Shown: piece by piece, positions 34,461 to 43,696 of the stretch
How positions within the stretch are numbered: position 1 is the first letter of the stretch
Layout: every line of letters begins with the position of its first letter
Source of the DNA: an uncultured Bacteroidales bacterium
GTDB lineage: Bacteria; Bacteroidota; Bacteroidia; Bacteroidales; Paludibacteraceae
DNA length: 64,000 bases
NCBI GenBank assembly: GCA_946535435.1
Contig: CAMNDM010000010.1
Location: 23,559-87,558 of the forward strand
Direction of reading: 5' to 3'
Position numbers and translations under genes: made by a program
The notes under the pieces: generated by a model
What the model was told of the DNA's origin: nothing
The model's database searches: none
What the model saw: only the letters and a program-made list of their open reading frames with translations

Positions 34461-35579
34461 ATGAATTTATTACGTTATTTTTTATTTTCGGTTTCGGCTC
34501 TCTCGCTAGTCTTCACTTCTTGTACCGACAGCGACCACTTTGTGGTGACTGGAACCGTTGACGGGGCCGGTGGCTCCACTGCTTATCTGGTGCGTGAGGG
34601 CATCGACAGTGTTGTAGTGTGCGATTCGGTCGCTATAGCCTCGTCGGGTAAGTTTAAATTGAAGGGGAAGCGTCGTCCCGAACCTGAATTTTACTCCTTA
34701 CGCGTCGATTCTGCTTCTTTGTGGCTGGCTGTTGACTCTTCCGAACATATAGAAGTGACGGCCGACCGCAAGTTTACCAGTTGCAGGTTGAAAGGGTCGG
34801 TTCATAGTGAACAGCTGTTGCAGTGGCAACACTACATTCGTTGTATCGACGATAGTTTGGCACGCTTTATCACCTCTCAAAACGACCGGAATAAGGTCGA
34901 TTCTGCCCTTTTTGCCATGGTGAGTGCGTATAAAGACACGGCAAATTCATTTATTCAGAAAAACGCGGCTTCTCCAGTCTCGTACTACCTGTTATTCAAA
35001 AAAGTTACGATGGGGTTGCAACCTTTCGAACCTGTACAACGCGAAGACTTCCATGCTTTTGCGGTTGTGGCGAATGCGTGGAACAAACGTTATCCGTCTT
35101 CTTTGCGCTCGCTCTATCTTAAAGATTTGGTGCAGAATGTGCAGCGGCTGAAACAAACGGAAACTTTTCAACAGGCAACGGCAAATACGCCACGGACGGG
35201 TTTCGTTGACTTGGAATACCCCAACGCTTCAGGGAAAATGGTTAAACTGTCGGATTTGAAAGGACGGAATGTGTTGTTAGAATTCTGCTACTTGGCGCAG
35301 ATGTCAGACGAGGTGAATCAGACTCTGAAGACGCTCTATGATAAATACCGGGGAAAGGGCTTCGACATCTATATGGTGACTTTTGACCGGAATATCGAAG
35401 TTTGGAAACAAAAGGCGGCGGCTTTACCTTGGACGGTTGTGCTCGATTCCGGACAAACTGCGGCACAAACCTATAATTTCAGAAATGTGCCGACTAATTA
35501 CTTTATTTCAAAAGACGGCAATATCGTTGGGCGCGATGTCACCCTTGCCGAAATGGAAGATTACTTGAAGAGTCACTAA
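34461..35579 (+). CDS. TlpA/AhpC-like thioredoxin-fold lipoprotein lacking the CXXC motif
   Basis: Lipobox VFTSC. The C-terminal thioredoxin-like domain aligns with TlpA-type proteins, but the position of FWASWCGPC reads FCYLAQMSD. Confidence 0.7.
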   Translation: MNLLRYFLFSVSALSLVFTSCTDSDHFVVTGTVDGAGGSTAYLVREGIDSVVVCDSVAIASSGKFKLKGKRRPEPEFYSLRVDSASLWLAVDSSEHIEVTADRKFTSCRLKGSVHSEQLLQWQHYIRCIDDSLARFITSQNDRNKVDSALFAMVSAYKDTANSFIQKNAASPVSYYLLFKKVTMGLQPFEPVQREDFHAFAVVANAWNKRYPSSLRSLYLKDLVQNVQRLKQTETFQQATANTPRTGFVDLEYPNASGKMVKLSDLKGRNVLLEFCYLAQMSDEVNQTLKTLYDKYRGKGFDIYMVTFDRNIEVWKQKAAALPWTVVLDSGQTAAQTYNFRNVPTNYFISKDGNIVGRDVTLAEMEDYLKSH

Positions 35580-35592
35580 AAGATATATCAAT

Positions 35593-36108
35593 ATGAATTA
35601 TCGCTTTTTTATTATTCCTGTTTCTGTGGTAATGCTGTCGGCTTGTGGTGGTAGTAACGTGTCGGACCAGAATAATGCCGACTCTGTTGCCGTAACGACC
35701 CCTTCCGAAAAAGACGCACAAACAGAGAAAACGGGAATTGAATATGTCAATAACCGTTTCCTCTTCTCGGTTACCGTTCCGAACGACTTCGTTGCCCAAC
35801 CTGATCCTGAAAATGGAGACGGACGCACGTTCAAACGTGGAAATGCGCAGATAATAGCTTATGCGGGTTATGCCGGGTCGTTCGACGAGGTTTTGGCTTT
35901 GGGCGGCAGCGACAGCGATACCTATAATGCCCATAAAGACAATTGGGCTGTTTGGTCGGGTGTAGAAGAGGGCAAGATATACTATAAAAAGACCGTATTT
36001 AAAAACGGGGTGGCCTTCTCGCTGTTCTTCGAGTATCCGGAGAATGAGAAAAACGAGTTCGACTCTATTATTAGCCTGGTAGATAGGTCTTGGGTGACGG
36101 GGCAGTGA
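35593..36108 (+). CDS. hypothetical lipoprotein
   Basis: 171 aa with lipobox VMLSAC. I recognise no domain. Confidence 0.6.
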   Translation: MNYRFFIIPVSVVMLSACGGSNVSDQNNADSVAVTTPSEKDAQTEKTGIEYVNNRFLFSVTVPNDFVAQPDPENGDGRTFKRGNAQIIAYAGYAGSFDEVLALGGSDSDTYNAHKDNWAVWSGVEEGKIYYKKTVFKNGVAFSLFFEYPENEKNEFDSIISLVDRSWVTGQ

Positions 36109-36131
36109 AAAAAGCCCTTGAAGATAAAACG

Positions 36132-36167
36132 AAGAGGAGCACGGATGTGAGAATCTGTGCTCCTCTT
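36132..36167. terminator. bidirectional hairpin between convergent genes
   Basis: 11-bp stem aagaggagcac/gtgctcctctt with a 14-nt loop. It is flanked by aaaa on the left and ttttt on the right. Confidence 0.7.
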
Positions 36168-36190
36168 TACTTTTTGTTGAATTTAAACTT

Positions 36191-36562
36191 TTAGCTGAGA
36201 TCGCCAGTCAGGAATTTGTATTTGTCGCTGGTCTCAAAATCAAGGTCTTCAATCTGTGTGAAAAGGCGTTTTAGAGCTGCAATCTCTTCCTTCGAGGGGT
36301 TTGCGGGGTTGTTAGCCGTAAGCTCAATCCGGTCGTTAAACTCGCTAATGAGGGCGTTGAGCTTGTCGAACTTTCCAATTAGCTCTTCACGTGTTGCTTT
36401 TTCATCGTCGTTGTGTGGGTTGAAATCTTGTACCGACTCTTTGTATTCTAGCATCAATTCGGCTTCCGCCTGAGTGTAAAGGAGTTCGTCGGTGTCTTGA
36501 ATCTCCATTAATAAATCTTCTGTACTCATCATATTTCTGTAATTTGTTGATTTGGTTTTCAT
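36191..36562 (-). CDS. hypothetical acidic protein
   Basis: 123-aa ORF, Glu/Asp-rich and helical in appearance. The start is uncertain, since MMSTEDLL is an alternative. Confidence 0.5.
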   Translation of the reverse strand: MKTKSTNYRNMMSTEDLLMEIQDTDELLYTQAEAELMLEYKESVQDFNPHNDDEKATREELIGKFDKLNALISEFNDRIELTANNPANPSKEEIAALKRLFTQIEDLDFETSDKYKFLTGDLS

Positions 36563-36657
36563 AGAGTGGCGGGCACTGTGTATAAGAGCCCCTATGGCAT
36601 AGAATATGGATATATGCCATCTTCACTACCTAAGTTACACAACTATTTTGATTTTTC

Positions 36658-38043
36658 CTATTCCTTTTTGCCAAAATTTTCATCAAAAGGCAACCGGTGG
36701 GCAATTATAAAGCCCGGAATGGTACAGATGCAGACCCAAACAAAGAAGTTCGTATAGCCAATGTGTTCTTGTATCCAACCAGCCACAAGGCCTGGTAACA
36801 TCATGCCTAAAGCCATGAAACCGGTGCTGATGGCGTAGAAGGTTGTTTTATATTGTCCGCGCGAGAAGTAGATGAGGTAGAGAGTGAATGCGGCAAACCC
36901 CAGACCATAACCCAGCTGCTCGATGCACAACAGTAGGGTGATTAGAATGTAGTTGTCTGGTTGCCAGTAAGCCATCAGCACGTAAACAAGGTTCGGCACG
37001 TTCATGAAGACAACCATTGGGAAGAACCACTTCTTCATGCCGTCTCTCGATATCAGGTAACCCCCCAACAGCCCGCCTATGGTCAGGGCTAGGATTCCGA
37101 ATACACCGTAAATGATGCCAATATCTTTGGTTTCGATGCCCAATCCTCCGTTGGCAACGCTGTCGTTTAAGAAAAGGTACGACATTTTTGACAACTGGGC
37201 CTCTCCCAAACGGAATAACAGAATGAAGGACAATGCAAGTCCGAACCCTTTTTTGGTGATGAATTTATAAAAGGTGCGGTAGAATGTGTGTACAATGTGT
37301 ATGTTGTTTAGAAGGGGTGAAATGTCGCTTGCCGGTTTTGGTAGCGTTATGCCGTGGTAAAGGCGCAACATGAATATCAGGCCTCCTATAATGAAGAATG
37401 TACACGACCAAGCCATTGGTATGTCTCCTGTTTTCTCTTCAAGCAGGCCTGCAAGATAAAGCAGACCTCCCTGGCCGACAATTGTACTGAAACGGTAGAA
37501 CGTGTTGCGGATTCCAACATAGAAACTCTGTTGGTGCGAGTTAAGAGCCAGTATGTAGAGACCGTCGGCTGCAATGTCGTGGGTGGCACTGCTGAAAGCA
37601 ATGAGCCAAAAAACAATCATACTAATGGCAAAAAAATGGTTGGCACCCTGCATAAGCAGCAGTCCTATGCCTGCAAAACCGGCTCCCATCAGCATCTGCG
37701 TGCTCAAAACCCACCAGCGTTTGGTCTTGATAAGGTCTACAAACGGACTCCAAAACGGTTTTATAACCCATGGTAGGTAAAGCCAACTGGTGAAAAATGC
37801 GACTTCGGTATTGTTGAAACCCATCTTGTTGTAGAAAGCTATGGCCAGCATGGTTACTATAACGAATGGCAAGCCTTCCGCAAAGTAAAGGCTGGGTACC
37901 CAACTGTATGCTTTGGGGGTGGTTTCGGTAGCACAATTGTAGGCTTCTGAGACTTTTACCTCTCCCTCATTCATGTCGTTTTTTGGGGACGTTATGTCTT
38001 TGGCTTCTTTAGAAGAAGTCATCATTTGTTTCTGTTCTTCCAT
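36658..38043 (-). CDS. ampG: AmpG-family muropeptide MFS permease
   Basis: SLYFAEGLPFVIV and WLYLPWVIKPFWSPFVD are AmpG signatures. I trimmed the start to the ATG at 38043 because the ORF-track TTG (38065-38067) lies inside a -7 box. Confidence 0.85.
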   Translation of the reverse strand: MEEQKQMMTSSKEAKDITSPKNDMNEGEVKVSEAYNCATETTPKAYSWVPSLYFAEGLPFVIVTMLAIAFYNKMGFNNTEVAFFTSWLYLPWVIKPFWSPFVDLIKTKRWWVLSTQMLMGAGFAGIGLLLMQGANHFFAISMIVFWLIAFSSATHDIAADGLYILALNSHQQSFYVGIRNTFYRFSTIVGQGGLLYLAGLLEEKTGDIPMAWSCTFFIIGGLIFMLRLYHGITLPKPASDISPLLNNIHIVHTFYRTFYKFITKKGFGLALSFILLFRLGEAQLSKMSYLFLNDSVANGGLGIETKDIGIIYGVFGILALTIGGLLGGYLISRDGMKKWFFPMVVFMNVPNLVYVLMAYWQPDNYILITLLLCIEQLGYGLGFAAFTLYLIYFSRGQYKTTFYAISTGFMALGMMLPGLVAGWIQEHIGYTNFFVWVCICTIPGFIIAHRLPFDENFGKKE

Positions 38044-38064
38044 AAAGAGAATTTTCCTACACTG

Positions 38065-38072
38065 CAAAGTTA
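38065..38072 (-). promoter_or_regulatory. putative -7 box (TAnnTTTG) for ampG
   Basis: Plus strand caaagtta is TAACTTTG on the minus strand, 22 nt upstream of the ATG at 38043. Confidence 0.5.
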
Positions 38073-38210
38073 TTCATTTTAAGCCAAACAAGTCCCATTT
38101 TATTGGCTATTCTTCCCATTTGTCTGAAGAAAGCGGGTTCTGAAGAACGCTTTTTTTACAAACAAATGGTTATAGCCCTTTTTTTGACAGAAAAATCGGT
38201 CGGTTTGTTG

Positions 38211-38218
38211 TATATTTG
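38211..38218 (+). promoter_or_regulatory. putative -7 box (TAnnTTTG) for the 1423-aa gene
   Basis: TATATTTG lies 62 nt upstream of the ATG at 38280. Confidence 0.5.
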
Positions 38219-38279
38219 CAGTAAAGTTTGTTTGCCCCTTCGGGGTGGAACTTTGTATTTGAATGAAAGATAGATTTAC

Positions 38280-41200
38280 ATGGAGATGCAAACCTTCAAT
38301 ATTGGTCTGGATGCGGGCTCAACAACACTTAAATTAGTGGTTACGAATTCGAATGGCGATGTGGTTTATGCCGATTACCAGCGCCATCATGCCGATATAG
38401 TCCGAACCCTGTCTGTTTCCCTAAAAACGCTATTGCAGAAAATGGGTGATGTGAACGTCCGTTTTCAGATTACCGGTTCTGCTGGAATGGGTTTGTCTGA
38501 ACGTTACCATATCCCCTTTACACAAGAGGTTGTTGCGGCTACAGAGGTTATTGAAAGGAAGTTCCCACAGGTCCGTACCCTTATCGATATAGGAGGCGAG
38601 GACAGTAAAATCATTTTCTTCAATAAAAATATGCAGGCCGATATGCGTATGAACGGCAATTGTGCTGGAGGTACGGGTGCTTTTATCGACCAAATGGCGG
38701 CTATACTTAACGTATCGACCAACGAATTGAACTCCCTTGCTGAAAAATCCGATACGATTTACCCTATAGCGTCGCGTTGTGGCGTTTTCTCAAAAACCGA
38801 TATACAGAACCTGATTGCACTGAACGTAAAGCGCGAAGATATTGCTATATCTATCTTCAACGCTGTGGCAACCCAGGTGCTTTCCACTCTGTCGCGCGGT
38901 TGCGACATCGTTCCAAAGGTTTTTTTGTGTGGCGGCCCTTTTGCCTTTATCCCTGCACTGAAAAACTTGGTGAAGGACAAACTGAATCTTGCTGACGACG
39001 ATATTATTCTTGATCCGCACGCACAGGTTATCCCCGCTTGGGGAGCCAGTCTTTCAGCTTCCGATGGTAATGAGGTGAAACCGTTAAGTAGCTTCATCGA
39101 CTTTTTCGAAAAGCAACCCTCTGCAAGTGCCAGGGCGCAGAGTGCCCTGCTCCCTTTGTTTAAGGACGATGCCGAGTTTGAGGCGTGGAAGGCCGATAAG
39201 CAAAAACATGCCATCAAAAAGGTGACGATGGCGGAACTCGACAGCGACGAGTGCTACATCGGCATCGATTCGGGCTCTACAACCACCAAGGTGGTGGCTA
39301 CCGATTTGCACGATAATATATTTTTCACTTTTTATAAAAAGAGTAGCGGCAGACCGTTAGAGGTGGCCCAAGAAGGTTTGAAGCAACTTTACGAAGAAGC
39401 GAAGGCTGCAGGACGCGAGCTAAAGGTCCGTGGCAGTTGCTCTATCGGTTATGGTGAAGACCTTGTGAGAACCGCTTTCGGCCTCGACTACGGAATGGTG
39501 GAGACCATTGCCCACTACACTGGTGCGCACAAATTGAATCCGAATGTCTCGTTTATCCTCGATATAGGAGGACAAGACATGAAGGCTATTTTTGTAGACA
39601 ATGGCGCTATAAACCGGTTGGAAATCAACGAGGCCTGTTCTTCGGGTTGCGGCTCGTTTATCGATAGCTTTGCCACTTCGCTGAATTGTCCGCTCGACGA
39701 GTTTGTCTCGCGTGCATGCGCAAGTACTAATCCGTGCGATCTGGGTACGCGTTGCACCGTGTTTATGAATTCGAAGGTGAAACAGTCGTTGCGAGAGGGC
39801 GCGCTGCTCGACGATATTTCGAGTGGCCTTGCCTATTCGGTGGTGAAAAACTGCCTTTACAAGGTGCTGAAACTCAAATCGGTTGACGAACTTGGCGACC
39901 ATGTTGTCTTACAGGGAGGTACTATGCGTAACCTGGCTGTTGTAAGGGCGTTTGAGTTGTCGGTCGGTAAAACGGTGGCTGTGTCGAACTATCCGGAACT
40001 GATGGGCGCATACGGCGGTGCACTCTATGCGAAGCGTATGAAGGAAAAGAGCGGTGACGACCAGTGCCGTCTGTTGCGCGATTTGTGTGATTTGAAAGAA
40101 TACACCACCAAACCTTTCCGCTGCTCGGGTTGTGAGAACAATTGCCGTGTGTTGAAGAATGTTTTTGCAAACGGCAAGATTTTCTATTCTGGTAACAAGT
40201 GCGAACGTGTCTATACAAATAAGGGGGAAAAAGGACGCATGGCGTTCAATATGAACCTCTTCAAAAACGAAACGGTTTTTCATAAAAACATACGCATCGA
40301 GGCTGGTAAACAGCCTTACTTGAGGCTGGGGGTTCCGCGTGCACTGAATATGAACGAGGAGTTCCAATTCTGGAACACGCTGTTTACCAAATGCAACATT
40401 GAGGTTGTTCTTTCCCAACGCTCTTCCTATAAATTGTATGAGCGTGGCTTGAACACTGTGATGGCCGACAATATATGTTTCCCTGCAAAACTGGCGCACG
40501 GACATGTGTTCGATTTGATTGACAAGAAAGTTGACCGCTTGTTCTTCCCATACGTTATTTACGAGATGCAGGACCCGAACACCAACAACAGTTTTAACTG
40601 TCCGGTGGTGGCTGGTTATTCCGACGTTTTGCGCAGTGCGATCAATCCGGAAGAAAAATACGGGATTCCGTTCGATGCTCCGGTCATCAATTTTAAGGAT
40701 ACCAATTTGCTGAAAGAACAGTGCAAACGGTATTTGAAGGAGCTCTTGGGTAAAAATTTCTCGTCGAAGACGTTTAAAGCGGCTTTTGAGGCCGCTGTTG
40801 AAGCCCAAAACAACTATGTGAAGGTGTTGCAAGACAAAGCCCAGCACCTGCTGGAGTCGGCGCGGCGCGATGGCCGTATGCTGATTCTGCTTGCCGGACG
40901 TCCGTACCATACCGACTCGCTGGTGCAGCACAAGGTGTCGGAAATCATAGCGCAGTTCGGTGTTGATGTGGTAACCGAGGACGTTATCCGCCGAGAAGAC
41001 AGTGGCGACCTGAAAGATGTGAACATCATACCGCAGTGGACGTATGTGAACCGCGTGGTGAAGGCTGCCCAGTGGGTTGCTGAAAACAAGACAGACAATA
41101 TCCATTATGTGCAACTGACGTCGTTTGGCTGCGGACCTGATGCGTTTGTACTCGACGAAGTGAGCGACATCCTCCAACGTGCACATAAAACACACACCAT

Positions 41201-42551
41201 ACTGAAAGTAGACGATGTGAACAATGCGGGGTCGCTGAAACTGCGTATCCGTTCGCTTATCGAAAGCTTGAAGTTCCAAGATGCGGTCCAACGCGAGACT
41301 CGTCCTTTTGTTACTACCTCGATCTATACGGCCGACGACAAAGGAAAAACAATTCTTGTTCCTTTCTTTAACGACTATGTGTCGCCGTTTGTTCCTGTCG
41401 TTTTCGGCCTGATTGGTGAGAATGTTGAAAATCTGGAGCCAAGCGACCGCTTGTCGGCTGAATATGGCTTGAAATATGCGAACAACGAGGTCTGTTATCC
41501 GGCTACTCTTGTGGTAGGTGACTGCATAAAGGCCCTAAATTCCGGAAAATACGATGCCGACAATATCGTTTTTGCAATCACGCAGACGGGTGGACAGTGC
41601 CGTGCCACTAACTACATTGCGTTGATGAAGAAAGCCCTGGTGGCTGCCGGATATCCGAAGGTGCCTGTTATCTCGTTGTCGATTATGAATACGATAAACG
41701 AACAGCCCGGATTCCAGCCAGAGGTGAAAAAAGCCGCTAAAGATGCGGTCTATGCGGTCTATTTTGGTGACGCCCTGGCTAAGGTCTATTATGCCTCTGC
41801 TGTTAGGGAGAAGGTGAAGGGCGAGGCTAAGAGACTGCGCGACGAGTATTTGAAACGTGCCGTTGAACTGGTAGCTAACAGACAAAGTAAAAAACTGGTT
41901 GATCTTATCAAGGAAGCGGCCGGCCGATTCGAATCTATTATAGAACATCGCCGTGTACCGCGTATTGGTGTGGTCGGTGAGGTGTTTATCAAGTATAACA
42001 GCTATGGACAGCAGTTCGTTGTCGATTGGTTGGTTAACCATGGCATTGAACCGGTCATTCCTCCGCTTTCCGAGTTCTTTACACAATACTTCCCTAACGC
42101 GAAGTATAACAGTAAAGTGAATCTGGACGAAAAATTGTCGTTAAAGTCTAAGTTCTTGCAGTTGTTTGGTGAAAAAATGCTCAACCATATCGGCAAGAAA
42201 ATAGATAAGGCTGCTTCTGTGTTCTCTTATTACGAGCCTTTAGAAAATATCAACAAGGCCGCAAAAAAAGCGGAAAATATTGTAAATTTGGCCGCACAGT
42301 TTGGTGAGGGCTGGCTCATTCCTGCCGAATTCGCCTCTTTTGCGGAGCAAGGCATCCGTGCTGCTGTCAGCTTACAGCCTTTTGGCTGTATTGCTAACCA
42401 TATTGTTGCAAAAGGTATTGAGAAGCGTGTGAAAGACCTGTATCCTGACCTCAATTTGCTATACCTCGATTTCGATGGAGGTGTAAGTGAGGTAAACGTG
42501 CAGAACCGCTTGCATTTTATTGCCCGCCAGGTACAGAAAATGGACCTGTAG
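38280..42551 (+). CDS. fusion of two BadF/BadG/BcrA/BcrD-type ATPase (CoA-enzyme activase) modules with a 2-hydroxyacyl-CoA dehydratase-like / DUF2229-like region
   Basis: 1423-aa ORF with two phosphate-1 motifs, GLDAGSTTLKLV (N-terminus) and GIDSGSTTTKVV (about aa 330). It also has EACSSGCGSFID, which resembles the cluster-helix Cys region, and a long Cys-containing C-terminal half. Confidence 0.8.
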   Translation: MEMQTFNIGLDAGSTTLKLVVTNSNGDVVYADYQRHHADIVRTLSVSLKTLLQKMGDVNVRFQITGSAGMGLSERYHIPFTQEVVAATEVIERKFPQVRTLIDIGGEDSKIIFFNKNMQADMRMNGNCAGGTGAFIDQMAAILNVSTNELNSLAEKSDTIYPIASRCGVFSKTDIQNLIALNVKREDIAISIFNAVATQVLSTLSRGCDIVPKVFLCGGPFAFIPALKNLVKDKLNLADDDIILDPHAQVIPAWGASLSASDGNEVKPLSSFIDFFEKQPSASARAQSALLPLFKDDAEFEAWKADKQKHAIKKVTMAELDSDECYIGIDSGSTTTKVVATDLHDNIFFTFYKKSSGRPLEVAQEGLKQLYEEAKAAGRELKVRGSCSIGYGEDLVRTAFGLDYGMVETIAHYTGAHKLNPNVSFILDIGGQDMKAIFVDNGAINRLEINEACSSGCGSFIDSFATSLNCPLDEFVSRACASTNPCDLGTRCTVFMNSKVKQSLREGALLDDISSGLAYSVVKNCLYKVLKLKSVDELGDHVVLQGGTMRNLAVVRAFELSVGKTVAVSNYPELMGAYGGALYAKRMKEKSGDDQCRLLRDLCDLKEYTTKPFRCSGCENNCRVLKNVFANGKIFYSGNKCERVYTNKGEKGRMAFNMNLFKNETVFHKNIRIEAGKQPYLRLGVPRALNMNEEFQFWNTLFTKCNIEVVLSQRSSYKLYERGLNTVMADNICFPAKLAHGHVFDLIDKKVDRLFFPYVIYEMQDPNTNNSFNCPVVAGYSDVLRSAINPEEKYGIPFDAPVINFKDTNLLKEQCKRYLKELLGKNFSSKTFKAAFEAAVEAQNNYVKVLQDKAQHLLESARRDGRMLILLAGRPYHTDSLVQHKVSEIIAQFGVDVVTEDVIRREDSGDLKDVNIIPQWTYVNRVVKAAQWVAENKTDNIHYVQLTSFGCGPDAFVLDEVSDILQRAHKTHTILKVDDVNNAGSLKLRIRSLIESLKFQDAVQRETRPFVTTSIYTADDKGKTILVPFFNDYVSPFVPVVFGLIGENVENLEPSDRLSAEYGLKYANNEVCYPATLVVGDCIKALNSGKYDADNIVFAITQTGGQCRATNYIALMKKALVAAGYPKVPVISLSIMNTINEQPGFQPEVKKAAKDAVYAVYFGDALAKVYYASAVREKVKGEAKRLRDEYLKRAVELVANRQSKKLVDLIKEAAGRFESIIEHRRVPRIGVVGEVFIKYNSYGQQFVVDWLVNHGIEPVIPPLSEFFTQYFPNAKYNSKVNLDEKLSLKSKFLQLFGEKMLNHIGKKIDKAASVFSYYEPLENINKAAKKAENIVNLAAQFGEGWLIPAEFASFAEQGIRAAVSLQPFGCIANHIVAKGIEKRVKDLYPDLNLLYLDFDGGVSEVNVQNRLHFIARQVQKMDL

Positions 42552-42668
42552 TGAACGAGATAAGAGGATTTAAGCCTTTTTTTATATAACTTGAACAATT
42601 ACATTATGCCTATTGCGGCCCTTTTCGTTTCTAGGGTGGCAGTATGGACACATTAATACTTTTTGTGT

Positions 42669-43688
42669 ATGATTAAACTACTAGGCGCTTTCCTTGCGCT
42701 GCTGGTGGCAGTTCCGGCTGTGGGACAGTCTTTGTCTATAGTCGACCTGACACGGATTTACCATATGTCGGCTGAGTCGCTTCCGCAATTCATGCGGGAG
42801 AAGGGATGGAATGGAAATACGACGGTTATTGACGGCGACGCTTTCGATATGAGTTGGCAATACAACAACGATGAAGATATTGTGGTAAAACAGAGTGCCG
42901 ATGGCAGTAAGTTTGTCTCTTATCGCCTGCACCGTCAGAAAGATATTGACGCTTATAGGGCGGAAAAAATCAATTTCGACCGTTTCGAACGCATTGCCTC
43001 ACGTAAGAAGAACGTGGAAATCTACCGCCACAAGTATATTCTGCAAATGCTGACCACCAATACCACAAAGGGAACTCTTACTATCAGGTACGAGTACCAT
43101 CCCGATGGCGATTTCTGGTCGAATTTGATTGATGCGAATATGAAGCCCGATGCCTATGAAGTGGGTACATTCCTCCCACAAGAGGGTGGCGTGGTTATCG
43201 GATTGGCGCCCGATAGCACTGAGGTTTACATTGTGGCTATGGAGGATGTGAAAAATGGAGGCGGCTGCAGTTGGAGCTCGCATAAAGATGATGTGGAGGG
43301 TTGCTTTAACTCTAATATGTGGAATAAGGCTAATTTCGATTTTTCCGGTAAGGCAAATACGAAGGCTGTTCTCGGCTATGTGCTCGATAACTGTGAGGCC
43401 CAGTTGCGTGCGGTGCAGCTGGCTTGCGACTATAGGGGCGGCAACCACAACGATTGGTATCTGCCTTCCATTGCCCAACTGAAGCAGATTGCCGATAACA
43501 AGAACGATATTGATGAGTCGTTGCGCAACAATGGCGGAATATCAATTGCCAAAACTTGGTATTGGAGCAGTTCGCAATATAACGAAACGATGGTCTGGTC
43601 CATCAACTTTGCCACTTTGATGATTGGTCAGAGCGCAAAAGACGGACATGACCGGGTCCGTCCCGTAAGGTCGGTGAAACTGCGCTAG
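42669..43688 (+). CDS. secreted DUF1566 (Lcl C-terminal)-like domain protein
   Basis: Signal peptide LGAFLALLVAVPAVGQS. The C-terminal segment DWYLPSIAQLKQI...WYWSSSQ...VRPVRSV fits the family. I trimmed the start from the TTG at 42663 to the ATG at 42669. Confidence 0.7.
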   Translation: MIKLLGAFLALLVAVPAVGQSLSIVDLTRIYHMSAESLPQFMREKGWNGNTTVIDGDAFDMSWQYNNDEDIVVKQSADGSKFVSYRLHRQKDIDAYRAEKINFDRFERIASRKKNVEIYRHKYILQMLTTNTTKGTLTIRYEYHPDGDFWSNLIDANMKPDAYEVGTFLPQEGGVVIGLAPDSTEVYIVAMEDVKNGGGCSWSSHKDDVEGCFNSNMWNKANFDFSGKANTKAVLGYVLDNCEAQLRAVQLACDYRGGNHNDWYLPSIAQLKQIADNKNDIDESLRNNGGISIAKTWYWSSSQYNETMVWSINFATLMIGQSAKDGHDRVRPVRSVKLR

Positions 43689-43696
43689 TTTTGTTC

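Noticed and set aside
38235-38245. A cccc-ttcg-ggg mini-hairpin (UUCG-type tetraloop) lies in the 5' leader of the 1423-aa gene.
   Set aside because: It has only 3 or 4 base pairs and no flanking conserved structure that I can see, which is not enough to call a riboswitch or attenuator.
39909-41291. Long antisense ORFs: 460 aa here, plus 5536-6459, 6742-7353, 11802-12677, 14280-15230, 29981-30868, 32125-33018, 45617-46312 and 48220-49005.
   Set aside because: Each lies fully opposite a gene with strong family motifs. Their translations are Arg/His/Val/Phe-rich with no recognisable motifs, as is typical of shadow ORFs on the antisense strand of real genes.
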